IMG/VR virus record: IMGVR_UViG_3300020047_009529
Coordinates: 2,948 to 66,947 of that record
Origin: a virus
Taxonomy: Duplodnaviria > Caudoviricetes
Length of the DNA stretch: 64,000 nt
Reading direction: 5' to 3' (one strand)
Below, in pieces: positions 8,338 to 18,241 of the stretch. Each line of letters begins with the position of its first letter. Position 1 is the first letter of the stretch. Made by a program: the position numbers and the translations under genes. Below the pieces are notes generated by a model that was given only the letters and a program-made list of their open reading frames with translations, did no database searches and had not been told where the DNA came from.

Positions 8338-8415
8338 TGCATTAGATTGCCATTCTATATGGATGGCAACACTAAGGCATTTTGCCTGATCCACCCTAAT
8401 CATAGGAGAATTGAC

Positions 8416-9480
8416 ATGGGTATTGCAGTAGATTCACGTATTGAGTTGCCATACGGCCAAGTTGTACAAGCTGTCAAACTTGCATTGAAAGCTGACCTTG
8501 TTCCATTGGTTCGTAGCTCACCTGGCATTGGCAAAAGCTCAATGGGGCATATCATTGCTAATGATCTGAACCTCAAACATATTGATGTACGCTTGGCTGA
8601 CCATGAGCCTAGTGACCTGAATGGATTGCCTGATGTACGCGGTGAATACGCAGTATTCAAGACGTTTGAGCAATTTCCAACAGAAGAAATGCAATTACCT
8701 GAAGGCAAAGACGGTTGGTTGTTGTGTTTTGACGAATTGCCAAACGTAGACAAACAAATGCAGTCTGCTGCATACAAGATCATTCTTGAAAAGTTTGTTG
8801 GTCAAAAGCGTTTGCATCCCAAGTGCAAGATCATTGCATTTGGTAATCACACCACTGATAACGCAATTGCTGAAGTAATGAGTACTGCTTTGTGCAGTCG
8901 TCTGATTCATTTCAATCTGCGGTTTGATTTTGATGATTTCATGGAATATGCATTTAAGTCAGGAATGTCTTTAAACATCATTGGCTATCTGCAATACAAA
9001 AAGTCGTCAGCGTATCAATTTAATCCAAATGATGCTGATACCACTTACCCTTGTCCTCGTACATGGGAATTCTTGAGCAAAAGTGAAAAGTCAGGTTTGA
9101 ATTATTCACAGCCTTATTCTTTTGCTTATGTTGCAGGTACGATTGGTCAAGCAGTTGCACATGACTTTATCTTGTTTATTAACTACCGTAAAGAGTTGCA
9201 AACATTTGAAGAAATGATGCAAAACCCTGATACCTGTAAAGTGTATGCAAATGAGCCACACTTGCAGTATGCAATGGCAACATTGCTTGCAGAACGGTTT
9301 AACAGTAAAGACCTTGAAAATATCCTGAAAGTAGTCAGCCGTATGTCACCTGAGTTTGGGTCATTTGTCGGTACATTGGCATTAAGCCGACTGACACCTG
9401 CACAACATGCTGAATATGGTGCAAATCCTGTTTGGCGTAATTGGTTGAGTACTTTTGTTAAAAAGTATGCTACTGCCTAA
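8416..9480 (+). CDS. MoxR-like AAA+ ATPase (N4 gp24-like)
   Basis: Walker A SSPGIGKS, Walker B LLCFDEL, YPCPRTWE; likely start 8416 after AGGAG. Confidence 0.88.
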   Translation: MGIAVDSRIELPYGQVVQAVKLALKADLVPLVRSSPGIGKSSMGHIIANDLNLKHIDVRLADHEPSDLNGLPDVRGEYAVFKTFEQFPTEEMQLPEGKDGWLLCFDELPNVDKQMQSAAYKIILEKFVGQKRLHPKCKIIAFGNHTTDNAIAEVMSTALCSRLIHFNLRFDFDDFMEYAFKSGMSLNIIGYLQYKKSSAYQFNPNDADTTYPCPRTWEFLSKSEKSGLNYSQPYSFAYVAGTIGQAVAHDFILFINYRKELQTFEEMMQNPDTCKVYANEPHLQYAMATLLAERFNSKDLENILKVVSRMSPEFGSFVGTLALSRLTPAQHAEYGANPVWRNWLSTFVKKYATA

Positions 9481-9486
9481 CCAACT

Positions 9487-9516
9487 TAGCCCCTGCAATA
9501 TGGGGCTATTCTTTTT
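9487..9516 (+). terminator. Rho-independent terminator
   Basis: TAGCCCC...GGGGCTA followed by TTCTTTTT. Confidence 0.75.
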
Positions 9517-9541
9517 GAACCAAAGAAAGGGGAATTGAAAT

Positions 9542-10741
9542 ATGTATCCAATTCTGAAAGGTTTAACGCCTATTGACTTGGCTCAAGAGCCTACTTTAGA
9601 GAAGGCTGTATATCAATCTCGACGGGATTTGATGACCAATTCTAAAACCAAGTTTTATGGGATTGTCTTACTTCAGTTGCCTATGTTTGTCGTTAAAGAG
9701 AACATTACAGGTGCAACAGATGGTACAGGTATTATTCTAGGTCGTGATTATTTCATGGCTCAGAATACTTCACAGCGTAAAGAGCTTATTATTCATGAAG
9801 TCATTCATGTCTGTATGAAGCACTCTATGCGGCTTAAAGGGCGTAATCCTCGTGTGTGGAATGTAGCTTGTGACTATGCAATCAATCCCCACTCTGAACA
9901 GCTTGGCTTACAGCTCAGTGAAGGAGCAATCAAAGACCCTAAGTATGCTGATATGAGTGCTGAAGCTATCTATGATGACATCATGGCTAATGGTGGTGAA
10001 TCTATTTTACCTCCAATGGGTAATGGTGCTGATATGCATTTAATGCCATCACCTGATGCAGATAGTAAGCTATCCAATGGTCTTTTACCTGAACAGGCCA
10101 TTGATCAAGCTATGCAGACAGCAGTCATACAAATGGATATGAGTGGTCAAGGTAGCTCAGTCCCAGGCTATGTAAGGGAGTGGCTTAAAGAGTTGTTTGA
10201 ACCAAAGGTGTCATGGCAAGCTTTGTTGCGTAAGTACATGAATGCTAAGAGTCAGACTGAATATGATATGAGTCGTCCTAATCGCCGTATGCGGCATCTA
10301 GGGATTTATCTACCTACCCGTAAGGGTAAGAAGATGGGTAAAATGATTCAAGCATTTGATCTTTCTGGTTCGATCAGCAAGCATGAATTTCTGCACTTTG
10401 TCAGTGAGTCGTATGCAGGGTTCAAAATTCTCAATCCTGAATTGCTTGAGATCATTCAATTTGATACTGACATTATCAGTATTGATAAAGTCACTAAAGA
10501 ATCTGATTTCAACAAAATTCAATTCAAAGGCGGTGGTGGAACAGACCTAAGAACCTTGTTTGATCATTTTATTAAAACTAGAGCAAAACTTATGATTGTA
10601 CTCACTGATGGGTATTTTTATAACAACTTTGCTGTACCACCAAGAGGACAAGATGTTATTTGGTGTATCTACAATAATCCAAGTTGGAGACCGCCATTTG
10701 GTAAAGTAGTACATCTGTCATTTGATAAAGCCCAATCTTAG
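9542..10741 (+). CDS. Metallopeptidase-like + vWA domain protein (N4 gp25-like)
   Basis: IIHEVIHVCMKH (HExxH), WNVACDYAIN, MIDAS-like AFDLSGSIS, GGGGTD, IVLTDG. Confidence 0.88.
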   Translation: MYPILKGLTPIDLAQEPTLEKAVYQSRRDLMTNSKTKFYGIVLLQLPMFVVKENITGATDGTGIILGRDYFMAQNTSQRKELIIHEVIHVCMKHSMRLKGRNPRVWNVACDYAINPHSEQLGLQLSEGAIKDPKYADMSAEAIYDDIMANGGESILPPMGNGADMHLMPSPDADSKLSNGLLPEQAIDQAMQTAVIQMDMSGQGSSVPGYVREWLKELFEPKVSWQALLRKYMNAKSQTEYDMSRPNRRMRHLGIYLPTRKGKKMGKMIQAFDLSGSISKHEFLHFVSESYAGFKILNPELLEIIQFDTDIISIDKVTKESDFNKIQFKGGGGTDLRTLFDHFIKTRAKLMIVLTDGYFYNNFAVPPRGQDVIWCIYNNPSWRPPFGKVVHLSFDKAQS

Positions 10742-10756
10742 GATTGGGCATTTTTT
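10730..10756 (+). terminator. Rho-independent terminator
   Basis: GCCCAATC-TTAG-GATTGGGC then ATTTTTT. Confidence 0.8.
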
Positions 10757-10797
10757 ATTAGGCTTCTGCCTTATACACCCCTTATTGGAGATTTAAC

Positions 10798-12024
10798 ATG
10801 ATTCAGTTGACCCAAGAGCAGCAAATGATTGCTGATGCTATTAACGACTTCCTACTTGATACGACTAAAGATCATTTAGTGATCCAAGGTGTAGCAGGTA
10901 GCGGTAAGTCAGTTTTATTAGATAATGTGATTAGTTACTGGCGTGAAAATACAATCCCTACCTTAAACAGTATGGGTATTTCACATCTATACCCAAATGC
11001 AATTGAACTTACTGCAACTACCAATAAAGCGTTAAGTGCTTTTGATAATCATATTAGTGGGGTATATCCTATAACCATTCACAGGTTATTAAAACTGTTT
11101 GTAAATACAGACTATAAAACAGGGGAAACTAAATTAATGTGTAGAGAGCAAACTTTTCAATTAAACAATACAATTGTGATTGTCGATGAATACAGTCAAA
11201 TCAATATTGACTTATTCAATCATATTAAGAAACACATGAAGTTTTCATTAAATAACAAATTTATTTTTATTGGTGATAAAGCACAGTTATCACCTGTGAA
11301 TGAAATAACAAGTCCTGTAAATAATTTACCCAATCATGTATCAACAGAAATGACTAAATCATATCGACTTAAAGATATTCCTATAGTTGCAGCTTATGCT
11401 AATCAAGTACGGGAATTTATCTTAGGTCGTTCTAAAACAATTGCACCTATTCCCCAAAATGATCAAATTGTTCGTATGGGTAAAGAAGCTTTTTATGCAG
11501 ATTTACTTGATAAATTACGTTTAGGAAATGATGCTAAATATATTTCCTATACAAACCAAGATGTCAAAACAATTAATAAGTGGATTCGTCAACAAGTAAA
11601 AGGCACAAGTGACTATAGTGTAGGTGAGCGAGTAACGCTTACCAAAGTCGGTAACGGTATGCCTTATGGTACAGATGCTGTTGTAGAAATTGAAGCTATC
11701 AGTAATCCCACTACCTTTAAAATGGTAGATGGTCGGTGGTTTAAATTTAAAACCAGTACGCAGTCTTGGTTTGTTCCCACCCGCTATTCTGATATTAAGA
11801 AAGTGGTTGTAAATTTAACAAACCGAGAAGCTAAAGATTTAATGGATGTATCTTGTGATATTAATTATGAGTATGCCATTACATCTTATAAGTCCCAAGG
11901 TGCAACTTACGATTACGTCTATATTGATGTAAGTCAGTTAAAGATTGCACAAAAGTACTTTTGGCAACATTTCTATGTTGCTATCACACGAGCAACTAAA
12001 GGTGTAATACTGACGGGAGTATAG
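10798..12024 (+). CDS. SF1 (Dda/RecD-like) DNA helicase
   Basis: GVAGSGKS, VIVDEYS, GDKAQL, YAITSYKSQGATY, YVAITRA. Confidence 0.92.
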   Translation: MIQLTQEQQMIADAINDFLLDTTKDHLVIQGVAGSGKSVLLDNVISYWRENTIPTLNSMGISHLYPNAIELTATTNKALSAFDNHISGVYPITIHRLLKLFVNTDYKTGETKLMCREQTFQLNNTIVIVDEYSQINIDLFNHIKKHMKFSLNNKFIFIGDKAQLSPVNEITSPVNNLPNHVSTEMTKSYRLKDIPIVAAYANQVREFILGRSKTIAPIPQNDQIVRMGKEAFYADLLDKLRLGNDAKYISYTNQDVKTINKWIRQQVKGTSDYSVGERVTLTKVGNGMPYGTDAVVEIEAISNPTTFKMVDGRWFKFKTSTQSWFVPTRYSDIKKVVVNLTNREAKDLMDVSCDINYEYAITSYKSQGATYDYVYIDVSQLKIAQKYFWQHFYVAITRATKGVILTGV

Positions 12025-12026
12025 CC

Positions 12027-12539
12027 ATGAACCAATGGGCATTTAGTGTAATCTTACCTAAAGCTGAGTACGACTATAATCAATGTAAGTTGATGTATAA
12101 GTTGTATGAACCACAATATAAACCTGTCTATGAAGTACTTGTTGATATAGCAAAAGCTAATAATGCATTGCAAAATAGTCAGCTATATAATTTCCTTGTT
12201 GGTTCAAGAAGATTTGTATTTATAGACGATCCTAAATTTAATACACTACATAGGGATTTAAATGAAAGCTTTTATGGAATTAAATCACAGTTAGAAGCTA
12301 TCGAAAGATTAGCGCATATAACTAAATACTTGTATAACATGTTTAACTCACTTAGCTCCCAAGAGCTAATGCGAGTTAATATGCACACTAACTTTGTGCA
12401 AGCACTTTTAGATTTAGGTGTTGTCGAGCCTAAAGGTAAAAAGCGCAACTTAGAGTTGGATCAACGAATGGTTAATAGTGCTTCTTCTTATATTGAAGAA
12501 GTAAACTATGCTATTGCTTTTAACGATTTACTGAGGTAA
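12027..12539 (+). CDS. Hypothetical protein (position of N4 gp38)
   Basis: Intact ORF between helicase and polymerase. Confidence 0.7.
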   Translation: MNQWAFSVILPKAEYDYNQCKLMYKLYEPQYKPVYEVLVDIAKANNALQNSQLYNFLVGSRRFVFIDDPKFNTLHRDLNESFYGIKSQLEAIERLAHITKYLYNMFNSLSSQELMRVNMHTNFVQALLDLGVVEPKGKKRNLELDQRMVNSASSYIEEVNYAIAFNDLLR

Positions 12540-12545
12540 TCAATC

Positions 12546-15149
12546 ATGCAACATTTCTTTTTCTCTGATGGTAAACCAACATTTAAAATTGCTATTCTTA
12601 TTAAGGATAGCTCTTTTAATAAGAATCAAATGATTCAAGCCTATGGTGCTTATCTTACATCTAAAGGAATTGACCTGAATGATGTATTTGCTATCAGCTT
12701 ACCTTACAATAATAACAAAGCTAAAGCTGAGTTAGTAAAAGATACCTTTACTCTCTTGATTACTCAACTTGAAAAGTTAGGCACTGAATTTATTTATTGT
12801 GCAGATAGTACTTACTTCAAAGCACTCTGCAAAGAATCTAAAGCTGAACCACATCTAGGGATGCAATTACCTGTTAAGTTTAAAGATAGCCCATTAAAGG
12901 CTTTCTACGGTATCAATCATACTTCGGTTCTCTATGATCCAAAGAACGAAGCTAAGATGAAACTATCTTTGGATGGATTGATCCAAGCAGTGAAGGGAGG
13001 TGACTCTGTGATTGCTTCTGAAGTGATTAAGTCAGCTCACTATCCAATGATGTATACAGACATTCAAGCAGCTCTTAATGGCCTATTGACTTATCCTGAG
13101 CTTGTTGTAGACATTGAAGCATTTAGTCTACAGATCAAGTCTTGTGGCATTGGCTCAGTAGCCTTTGCAACAGATAAGCATACAGGTGTAGCTTTCCTTG
13201 TAGATTATAAGCCTATTGAGCAAGAAGGTGCTTATTTTGGTATTCAAGTCAACAATAAGCCTATTAAGCAATTACTACGTCAATTCTTTGATACATACCA
13301 AGGTAAGCTCATTGCTCACAATGGCTCATTTGATTTCCGTGTATTTGTATATGAGCTATACATGGATCACCCACTTGATTATGTTGGTATGCTGATAGGT
13401 ATTGAACGCTATACCAAACTGTTTGATGACACAAAACTGATTGCTTATCTTGCAACTAATAGCTGTGCAGGTAATGAATTAGGTCTTAAATTATTGGCTC
13501 ACTCTTTTGCAGGTAACTATGCTGTAGATGTAAAAGATATTCGTAAAGTCAAATGGGATGACCTACTTAAATATAACTTGATTGACTGTTGTGCAACTTG
13601 GTTTGTATATGAGCAATATAAACCTAAGATGATTGCAGATCAGCAAGAAGAAATTTATGAGGGTTTGTTTAAAGCTTCATTTAAAGTAATTATGCAAATG
13701 GAATTAGTGGGTATGCCCATGCATGATTCACTGATTCAAAAAGCTAAAAAAGAGTTAGCAGGTATTGCTAATAAACAGTATGTCATCTTGGCACAAAGTC
13801 AATTTGTAAAAGATACTGTAAACGTCATTAAACAAAATGAGGTAACTAAAGCTAATGCTAAATTAGTTAAGTTAGTTAAAACTGTAGATGACTTTAAATC
13901 AGTTAAGTTTAACCCAAACTCAACTCAACAACTTGCAATCTTGTTGCATGAAGTTATGCAATTACCAATATTGCAAACTACACCAACAAATCAACCTGCA
14001 ACAGGTATGGATGAATTAAAGGATTTAATTAACCATACAACTGATCCAAAGAAGCAAGAAGTCATTCAAGCATTGATTGACTTAGCTAAAGTTAGTAAGA
14101 TTCTTACTGATTTTATTCCATCATTTGAAAATGGTTTTCTCAAAGCAGATGGTATGCGTTATCTACATGGTAGTTTTAATTTAGGTGGTACTATTTCAGG
14201 ACGTCTAAGTAGTAGCTCACCGAACATGCAAAATTTGCCTTCAGGTAGTACTTACGGTAAATTAGTTAAATCTTGCTTTGTTGCACCAAAAGGATGGGTA
14301 ATTTGTTATGCAGACTTTAATTCCCTTGAAGATCGTATAGATGCTTTATTAACTAAAGACCCTAATAAGTTAAAGATTTATATCGAAGGATATGATTCAC
14401 ATGCTTTACGGGCATATAATTATTTCCCTGAAGCTTATATTGGTATTCCTGATACTGTAGAATCTATCAATGCTACAGTAGTTACTCATAAAACTTATCG
14501 TCAAGATAGTAAAGCACCAACCTTTGCTTTGACCTATGGAGGTACTTATTACACACTTATGGTTCAATGCGGCTTTACTATGCAAAGGGCTAAACAGATT
14601 GTTGCTAACTACGACAAGATGTATCAGGTATCTTTGCAGTATAAAGCCAAACGGGTTAAAGAAGAATGCGCAGCTTTAGGGTATGCAACAGTTGCATTTG
14701 GCTTACGGGTACGTACACCTGTTTTATCCAAAACAATTCTTAATACCAAACAGACACCTTATCAAGCTACCCAAGAATCCCGTTCTGTAGGTAATGCTAT
14801 GGGGCAATCTTACGGTATGTTAAACAGTAGGGCTTGTGCTGCATTCATGGAAAAGGTATGGCAGAGTGAATATCGTCATGACATTCTCTGTATCTCACAA
14901 ATCCATGATGCTTCTTACTTCTTGGTTCGATCTGATCTCAATGCAATTAAATTTGTTAATGATCATTTGATTGCTGAGATGCAGTGGCAAGAAGACCCTG
15001 CTATTCAACATGAATTAGTAGGCTTACATGGTGAGCTTGATGTTTGCTATACATCTTGGGCAACACCAATCACAATATCTAATAACTCAAGTATCTCACA
15101 AATTAAAGATGCTTTAGTGAAAGGTGCAGCAAAGTATAAAGCAGCTTAG
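12546..15149 (+). CDS. Family A DNA polymerase with 3'-5' exonuclease
   Basis: Exo motifs VVDIE, HNGSFD, YNLID; GRLSSSSPNMQN; motif A YADFNSLE; motif B RQDSKAPTFALTYGG; motif C QIHDA. Confidence 0.96.
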   Translation: MQHFFFSDGKPTFKIAILIKDSSFNKNQMIQAYGAYLTSKGIDLNDVFAISLPYNNNKAKAELVKDTFTLLITQLEKLGTEFIYCADSTYFKALCKESKAEPHLGMQLPVKFKDSPLKAFYGINHTSVLYDPKNEAKMKLSLDGLIQAVKGGDSVIASEVIKSAHYPMMYTDIQAALNGLLTYPELVVDIEAFSLQIKSCGIGSVAFATDKHTGVAFLVDYKPIEQEGAYFGIQVNNKPIKQLLRQFFDTYQGKLIAHNGSFDFRVFVYELYMDHPLDYVGMLIGIERYTKLFDDTKLIAYLATNSCAGNELGLKLLAHSFAGNYAVDVKDIRKVKWDDLLKYNLIDCCATWFVYEQYKPKMIADQQEEIYEGLFKASFKVIMQMELVGMPMHDSLIQKAKKELAGIANKQYVILAQSQFVKDTVNVIKQNEVTKANAKLVKLVKTVDDFKSVKFNPNSTQQLAILLHEVMQLPILQTTPTNQPATGMDELKDLINHTTDPKKQEVIQALIDLAKVSKILTDFIPSFENGFLKADGMRYLHGSFNLGGTISGRLSSSSPNMQNLPSGSTYGKLVKSCFVAPKGWVICYADFNSLEDRIDALLTKDPNKLKIYIEGYDSHALRAYNYFPEAYIGIPDTVESINATVVTHKTYRQDSKAPTFALTYGGTYYTLMVQCGFTMQRAKQIVANYDKMYQVSLQYKAKRVKEECAALGYATVAFGLRVRTPVLSKTILNTKQTPYQATQESRSVGNAMGQSYGMLNSRACAAFMEKVWQSEYRHDILCISQIHDASYFLVRSDLNAIKFVNDHLIAEMQWQEDPAIQHELVGLHGELDVCYTSWATPITISNNSSISQIKDALVKGAAKYKAA

Positions 15150-15163
15150 GCTGCTTTTCTTTT
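15138..15163 (+). terminator. Rho-independent terminator
   Basis: AAAGCAGC-TTAG-GCTGCTTT then TCTTTT. Confidence 0.7.
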
Positions 15164-15174
15164 GGGAGAGTGTT

Positions 15175-15516
15175 ATGAATATATTTAGGGTGCTTTTTAC
15201 TGAACCTGTATATGCTATAGCTCATTTTTGTAGAAGTGATAATAAACCATTTGGCATTACTGACCAATTAGATTGGGAAAGCGATGAACAAGTTATAACA
15301 GCGTATAATTGTGAAAATGGTGAAGAATGGTATATAGAGGAAGATACTATTACTTTTATTGAAGATAAATTTAAATTCAAAGTGTATAATATGGCGGATT
15401 ACTTTGTAGAAGAAGAATGGGAAGGTCAATTATTTATTGCTTCTAATTTGATTACAGAATATAAAGCAAACTTAATTATGCTTGGTGTTCCAATTACCAA
15501 TCTTCCAACACCCTGA
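15175..15516 (+). CDS. Hypothetical acidic protein
   Basis: GGGAG RBS, ATG 15175. Confidence 0.65.
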   Translation: MNIFRVLFTEPVYAIAHFCRSDNKPFGITDQLDWESDEQVITAYNCENGEEWYIEEDTITFIEDKFKFKVYNMADYFVEEEWEGQLFIASNLITEYKANLIMLGVPITNLPTP

Positions 15517-15525
15517 CGAAAAGTA

Positions 15526-15553
15526 TTTACATTCTTAAACTTACAATTAGAAT
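15526..15553 (+). promoter_or_regulatory. Candidate host sigma70 promoter for the holin-like gene
   Basis: TTTACA-N16-TAGAAT in an intergenic gap. Confidence 0.55.
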
Positions 15554-15577
15554 ACATTGAACCAAGGGGAGATGTCT

Positions 15578-15901
15578 ATGAATGATTTTACTGATTCTAA
15601 GCTATGGGAGCTAATCCTTACTTTCATGATCGGTATCCTAAGTGGCTTTGTGAGTGTTACACACCGTATGCTGTCTAAGCATGTTGTCTCTAAGTTATGG
15701 ATACTATCTGAAGCAGCAGGAGTCATCTTTATGACTGCTATTGCTATTGACCTGTATCCTGTAGCAAAACCATTACTCAACTCTTTGTACTTGTCATGGG
15801 TGACTCAATGGGTATTTGTAGGACTATTTGCCCATGCAGGTAGTCGTATGATGTACACCATTGAACGTAAATTTACCAAACGAGTTAAAGACGATCTTTA
15901 A
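15578..15901 (+). CDS. Putative holin (LydA-like, 2-3 TM)
   Basis: ~107 aa, hydrophobic segments and a basic C-terminus (RKFTKRVKDDL); in-frame ATGs at 15572 and 15578. Confidence 0.6.
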   Translation: MNDFTDSKLWELILTFMIGILSGFVSVTHRMLSKHVVSKLWILSEAAGVIFMTAIAIDLYPVAKPLLNSLYLSWVTQWVFVGLFAHAGSRMMYTIERKFTKRVKDDL

Positions 15902-15917
15902 TTCCTTGGTTCAACAC

Positions 15918-15940
15918 AGACCCGCTTATGCGGGTTTTTT
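15918..15940 (+). terminator. Rho-independent terminator after the holin-like gene
   Basis: ACCCGC-TTAT-GCGGGT followed by a T run. Confidence 0.85.
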
Positions 15941-15995
15941 CCATTATAGGAGTATTAACCATGATCCCCACCGTAACAGTATGGAGTAATGTATA

Positions 15996-16334
15996 ATGAC
16001 TATTCGCAATGAACAATCATGGGTAGTAGGTAAAAAGGTTGTTTTTATCTCACCAACAAGTGATACTTTTTTTAGTGAGTACACTATTTCATCTAAATCA
16101 AAAACAATGGTTAAACTTTTGAATGAACATGGCAATACAATACGTATTCGTTTTGAAGGCTATCGTGTAGGTAGTCCTTCATGGCAAACTTATTATTTTC
16201 CCGAAGATGCACCTGAAGTTGCTAGTCGTAAAGCAGCCCATTTGCGTCGGCAAGTGATTGTAAAGATTAATCAAGAATTACCTAAATTAAGTGATGAATT
16301 GCTTAAAGGCATTCTTAAACTGATTGAGGAGTAA
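15996..16334 (+). CDS. Hypothetical protein
   Basis: GGAG RBS, intact ORF. Confidence 0.7.
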   Translation: MTIRNEQSWVVGKKVVFISPTSDTFFSEYTISSKSKTMVKLLNEHGNTIRIRFEGYRVGSPSWQTYYFPEDAPEVASRKAAHLRRQVIVKINQELPKLSDELLKGILKLIEE

Positions 16335-16338
16335 AGCT

Positions 16339-16767
16339 ATGCCACATGTTGAATTTTTACTGATCCATAAAGATGCAGCTCTACCTGAACCAATGGACTC
16401 AGGGTGGGATATTGCAGTTTCCGAATCAGTTGTAGTACCTGCCCGACAAGTAGCTCGTGTACGTACAGGTTGTGCCATTGGTATCCCTGAAGGATATGTA
16501 GGTATGCTCTATGAGCGTATGCACCTAGTACTAAAGCAGCCCTATCAATTGCTATGCCCAGTCATTCATACAGGCTTTGATGCTGAGGTTAGTCTGATGG
16601 TCTATAACCTATCAGATAAGCCTTTAGAGCTGCGTAAATATGACAAGATTGCTCAACTCTTAGCAATTCCTGTACTTCCGTACAGTCAGCCCGTTATGAC
16701 TTTGACGAGTCGTAAACGTCAGCACATAGGTCACTCAGGATACCGCACCCATGAACCAAGTAAGTAA
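16339..16767 (+). CDS. Trimeric dUTPase-like protein with degenerate catalytic motifs
   Basis: SGWDI (motif 1), TGCAIGIPEGYVG, DKIAQL (motif 4); motifs 2, 3 and 5 are altered. Confidence 0.8.
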   Translation: MPHVEFLLIHKDAALPEPMDSGWDIAVSESVVVPARQVARVRTGCAIGIPEGYVGMLYERMHLVLKQPYQLLCPVIHTGFDAEVSLMVYNLSDKPLELRKYDKIAQLLAIPVLPYSQPVMTLTSRKRQHIGHSGYRTHEPSK

Positions 16768-16999
16768 AGCTCGTATTAAGGCTAAGCGGCAACATGCCAA
16801 GCAATCATCTACTGCTTGGCTTATACATCACAAAGTCCCATTCACGTCTTTCAATGAGGGGACTCATCTTATGATTCCTTTCAACACACTCATGATCCAC
16901 TACTACCCTTCTACAGGTTTGTTTATCTACAATGGTAAGCGTGATCGTGGTATTCGTAATCTACTTTGGCTATTAGGAATCAAACATGATCACCATTGA
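16751..16999 (+). CDS. Hypothetical basic protein
   Basis: Intact ORF overlapping neighbours; IHYYPSTG...RGIRNLL. Confidence 0.7.
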   Translation: MNQVSKARIKAKRQHAKQSSTAWLIHHKVPFTSFNEGTHLMIPFNTLMIHYYPSTGLFIYNGKRDRGIRNLLWLLGIKHDHH

Positions 17000-17444
17000 A
17001 AAATCTATCCTTGATGTTAAGAAGGGTATTGTACTCCAACAGGTAAACTGTAAAGGAGTGATGGGTGCAGGGTTAGCATTGCAATTTGCAAACATGTATC
17101 CAAAAGTATTACCCAATTACCTTAAATACCTTGAAGTGACTTCTAAACCATTAGGTACAGCTAAAGGTATAAAACTTACTGACGATTTACTCATGTTAAT
17201 GGTATTTGGTCAAAATGCTTATGGCACTGAGCAACGTCATACAAACTATGAAGCAGTTATTGCTGCTTTGGTTCAATTCCAGAAATACCTGAAAGACAAT
17301 CCCAATTCAGAAGTCTTTGTACCTTATGGTATGGGATGTGGATTAGGCGGCGGTAACTGGAAAGTCATGCAAGAACTCATCCGTGAGTATCTTGATCCTC
17401 ATTGCAAACTAACAATCTGTAAGGTGACTCAAAAATGTCAGTAA
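16986..17444 (+). CDS. Macro domain (ADP-ribose binding/hydrolysis; phage A1pp/Tk.4-type)
   Basis: QQVNCKGVMGAGLALQF and VPYGMGCGLGGGNW signatures. Confidence 0.9.
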   Translation: MITIEKSILDVKKGIVLQQVNCKGVMGAGLALQFANMYPKVLPNYLKYLEVTSKPLGTAKGIKLTDDLLMLMVFGQNAYGTEQRHTNYEAVIAALVQFQKYLKDNPNSEVFVPYGMGCGLGGGNWKVMQELIREYLDPHCKLTICKVTQKCQ

Positions 17445-18013
17445 TGCTTGTAGTAACAATGCCTGATAGCAACGAATGCATCATCACAGACATGAGCCAA
17501 GAACAATGGGATGTTATTGGTCTTATGTTATTCAAACCACTCTATGACGGAGATAGCCCAGTACAGGTATTTATCTTTTCTTCTTGGATCAATCAAGCTA
17601 TTGCAGGTCTGCAATTAGCAAAACAAATTTACTTCAACAACCATCAATATGCTGATGCACTCAATGTACAGCAGTTACTTGATTTCAAAGATCAACATGA
17701 TTGTTTAGAAAGGGGTTTGTATGTATCGGTTCAAACTGATAACTCAAATCCATCTTCAGACTTCTTAACTGCAACAGTAAAAACATCTTATTTGAACCAA
17801 GAAGTAGAGATGCCTGTTGATTGCAATAAATTAGAGCGGTTCTTTAAACAGACCATAACTGAAGGTGAGTACGTTATTTACATTGGTTCAGCTATTGTTA
17901 ATAATGATACTTTAGTTATTTCGTTACATCGTACATCAAATGATGCATGGTTAGAAGCATGTCTGAATGATGAGACAATTATCCCATTGGATGATTACCA
18001 CATTACTGTATAG
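17435..18013 (+). CDS. Hypothetical protein
   Basis: Intact 192-aa ORF. Confidence 0.7.
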   Translation: MSVMLVVTMPDSNECIITDMSQEQWDVIGLMLFKPLYDGDSPVQVFIFSSWINQAIAGLQLAKQIYFNNHQYADALNVQQLLDFKDQHDCLERGLYVSVQTDNSNPSSDFLTATVKTSYLNQEVEMPVDCNKLERFFKQTITEGEYVIYIGSAIVNNDTLVISLHRTSNDAWLEACLNDETIIPLDDYHITV

Positions 18014-18022
18014 GTGATTTAT

Positions 18023-18232
18023 ATGCACAACAAAGAAGTATTAATTAATTGGATTGAATCTGCACTACGTCAAGGCAACTTAGATCGTGCTGATGGTCTA
18101 ATTTCTGCTGCTCATTTGGGCAATCTACTTGGCGATGAGTGGGTAACATGGAACTACTATGTTTACCGCGCTAAGCGTACTGCTGTGCAGTATGAATCTT
18201 ACAAACGAATCCATTCCCCAACTAAACCATGA
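18023..18232 (+). CDS. Hypothetical protein
   Basis: AGGTGA RBS, ATG 18023. Confidence 0.65.
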   Translation: MHNKEVLINWIESALRQGNLDRADGLISAAHLGNLLGDEWVTWNYYVYRAKRTAVQYESYKRIHSPTKP

Positions 18233-18241
18233 GGTTTAACC

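Noticed and set aside
8416-10741. MoxR AAA + vWA/metallopeptidase pair as a novel system
   Set aside because: Standard conserved N4-like gene pair (gp24/gp25).
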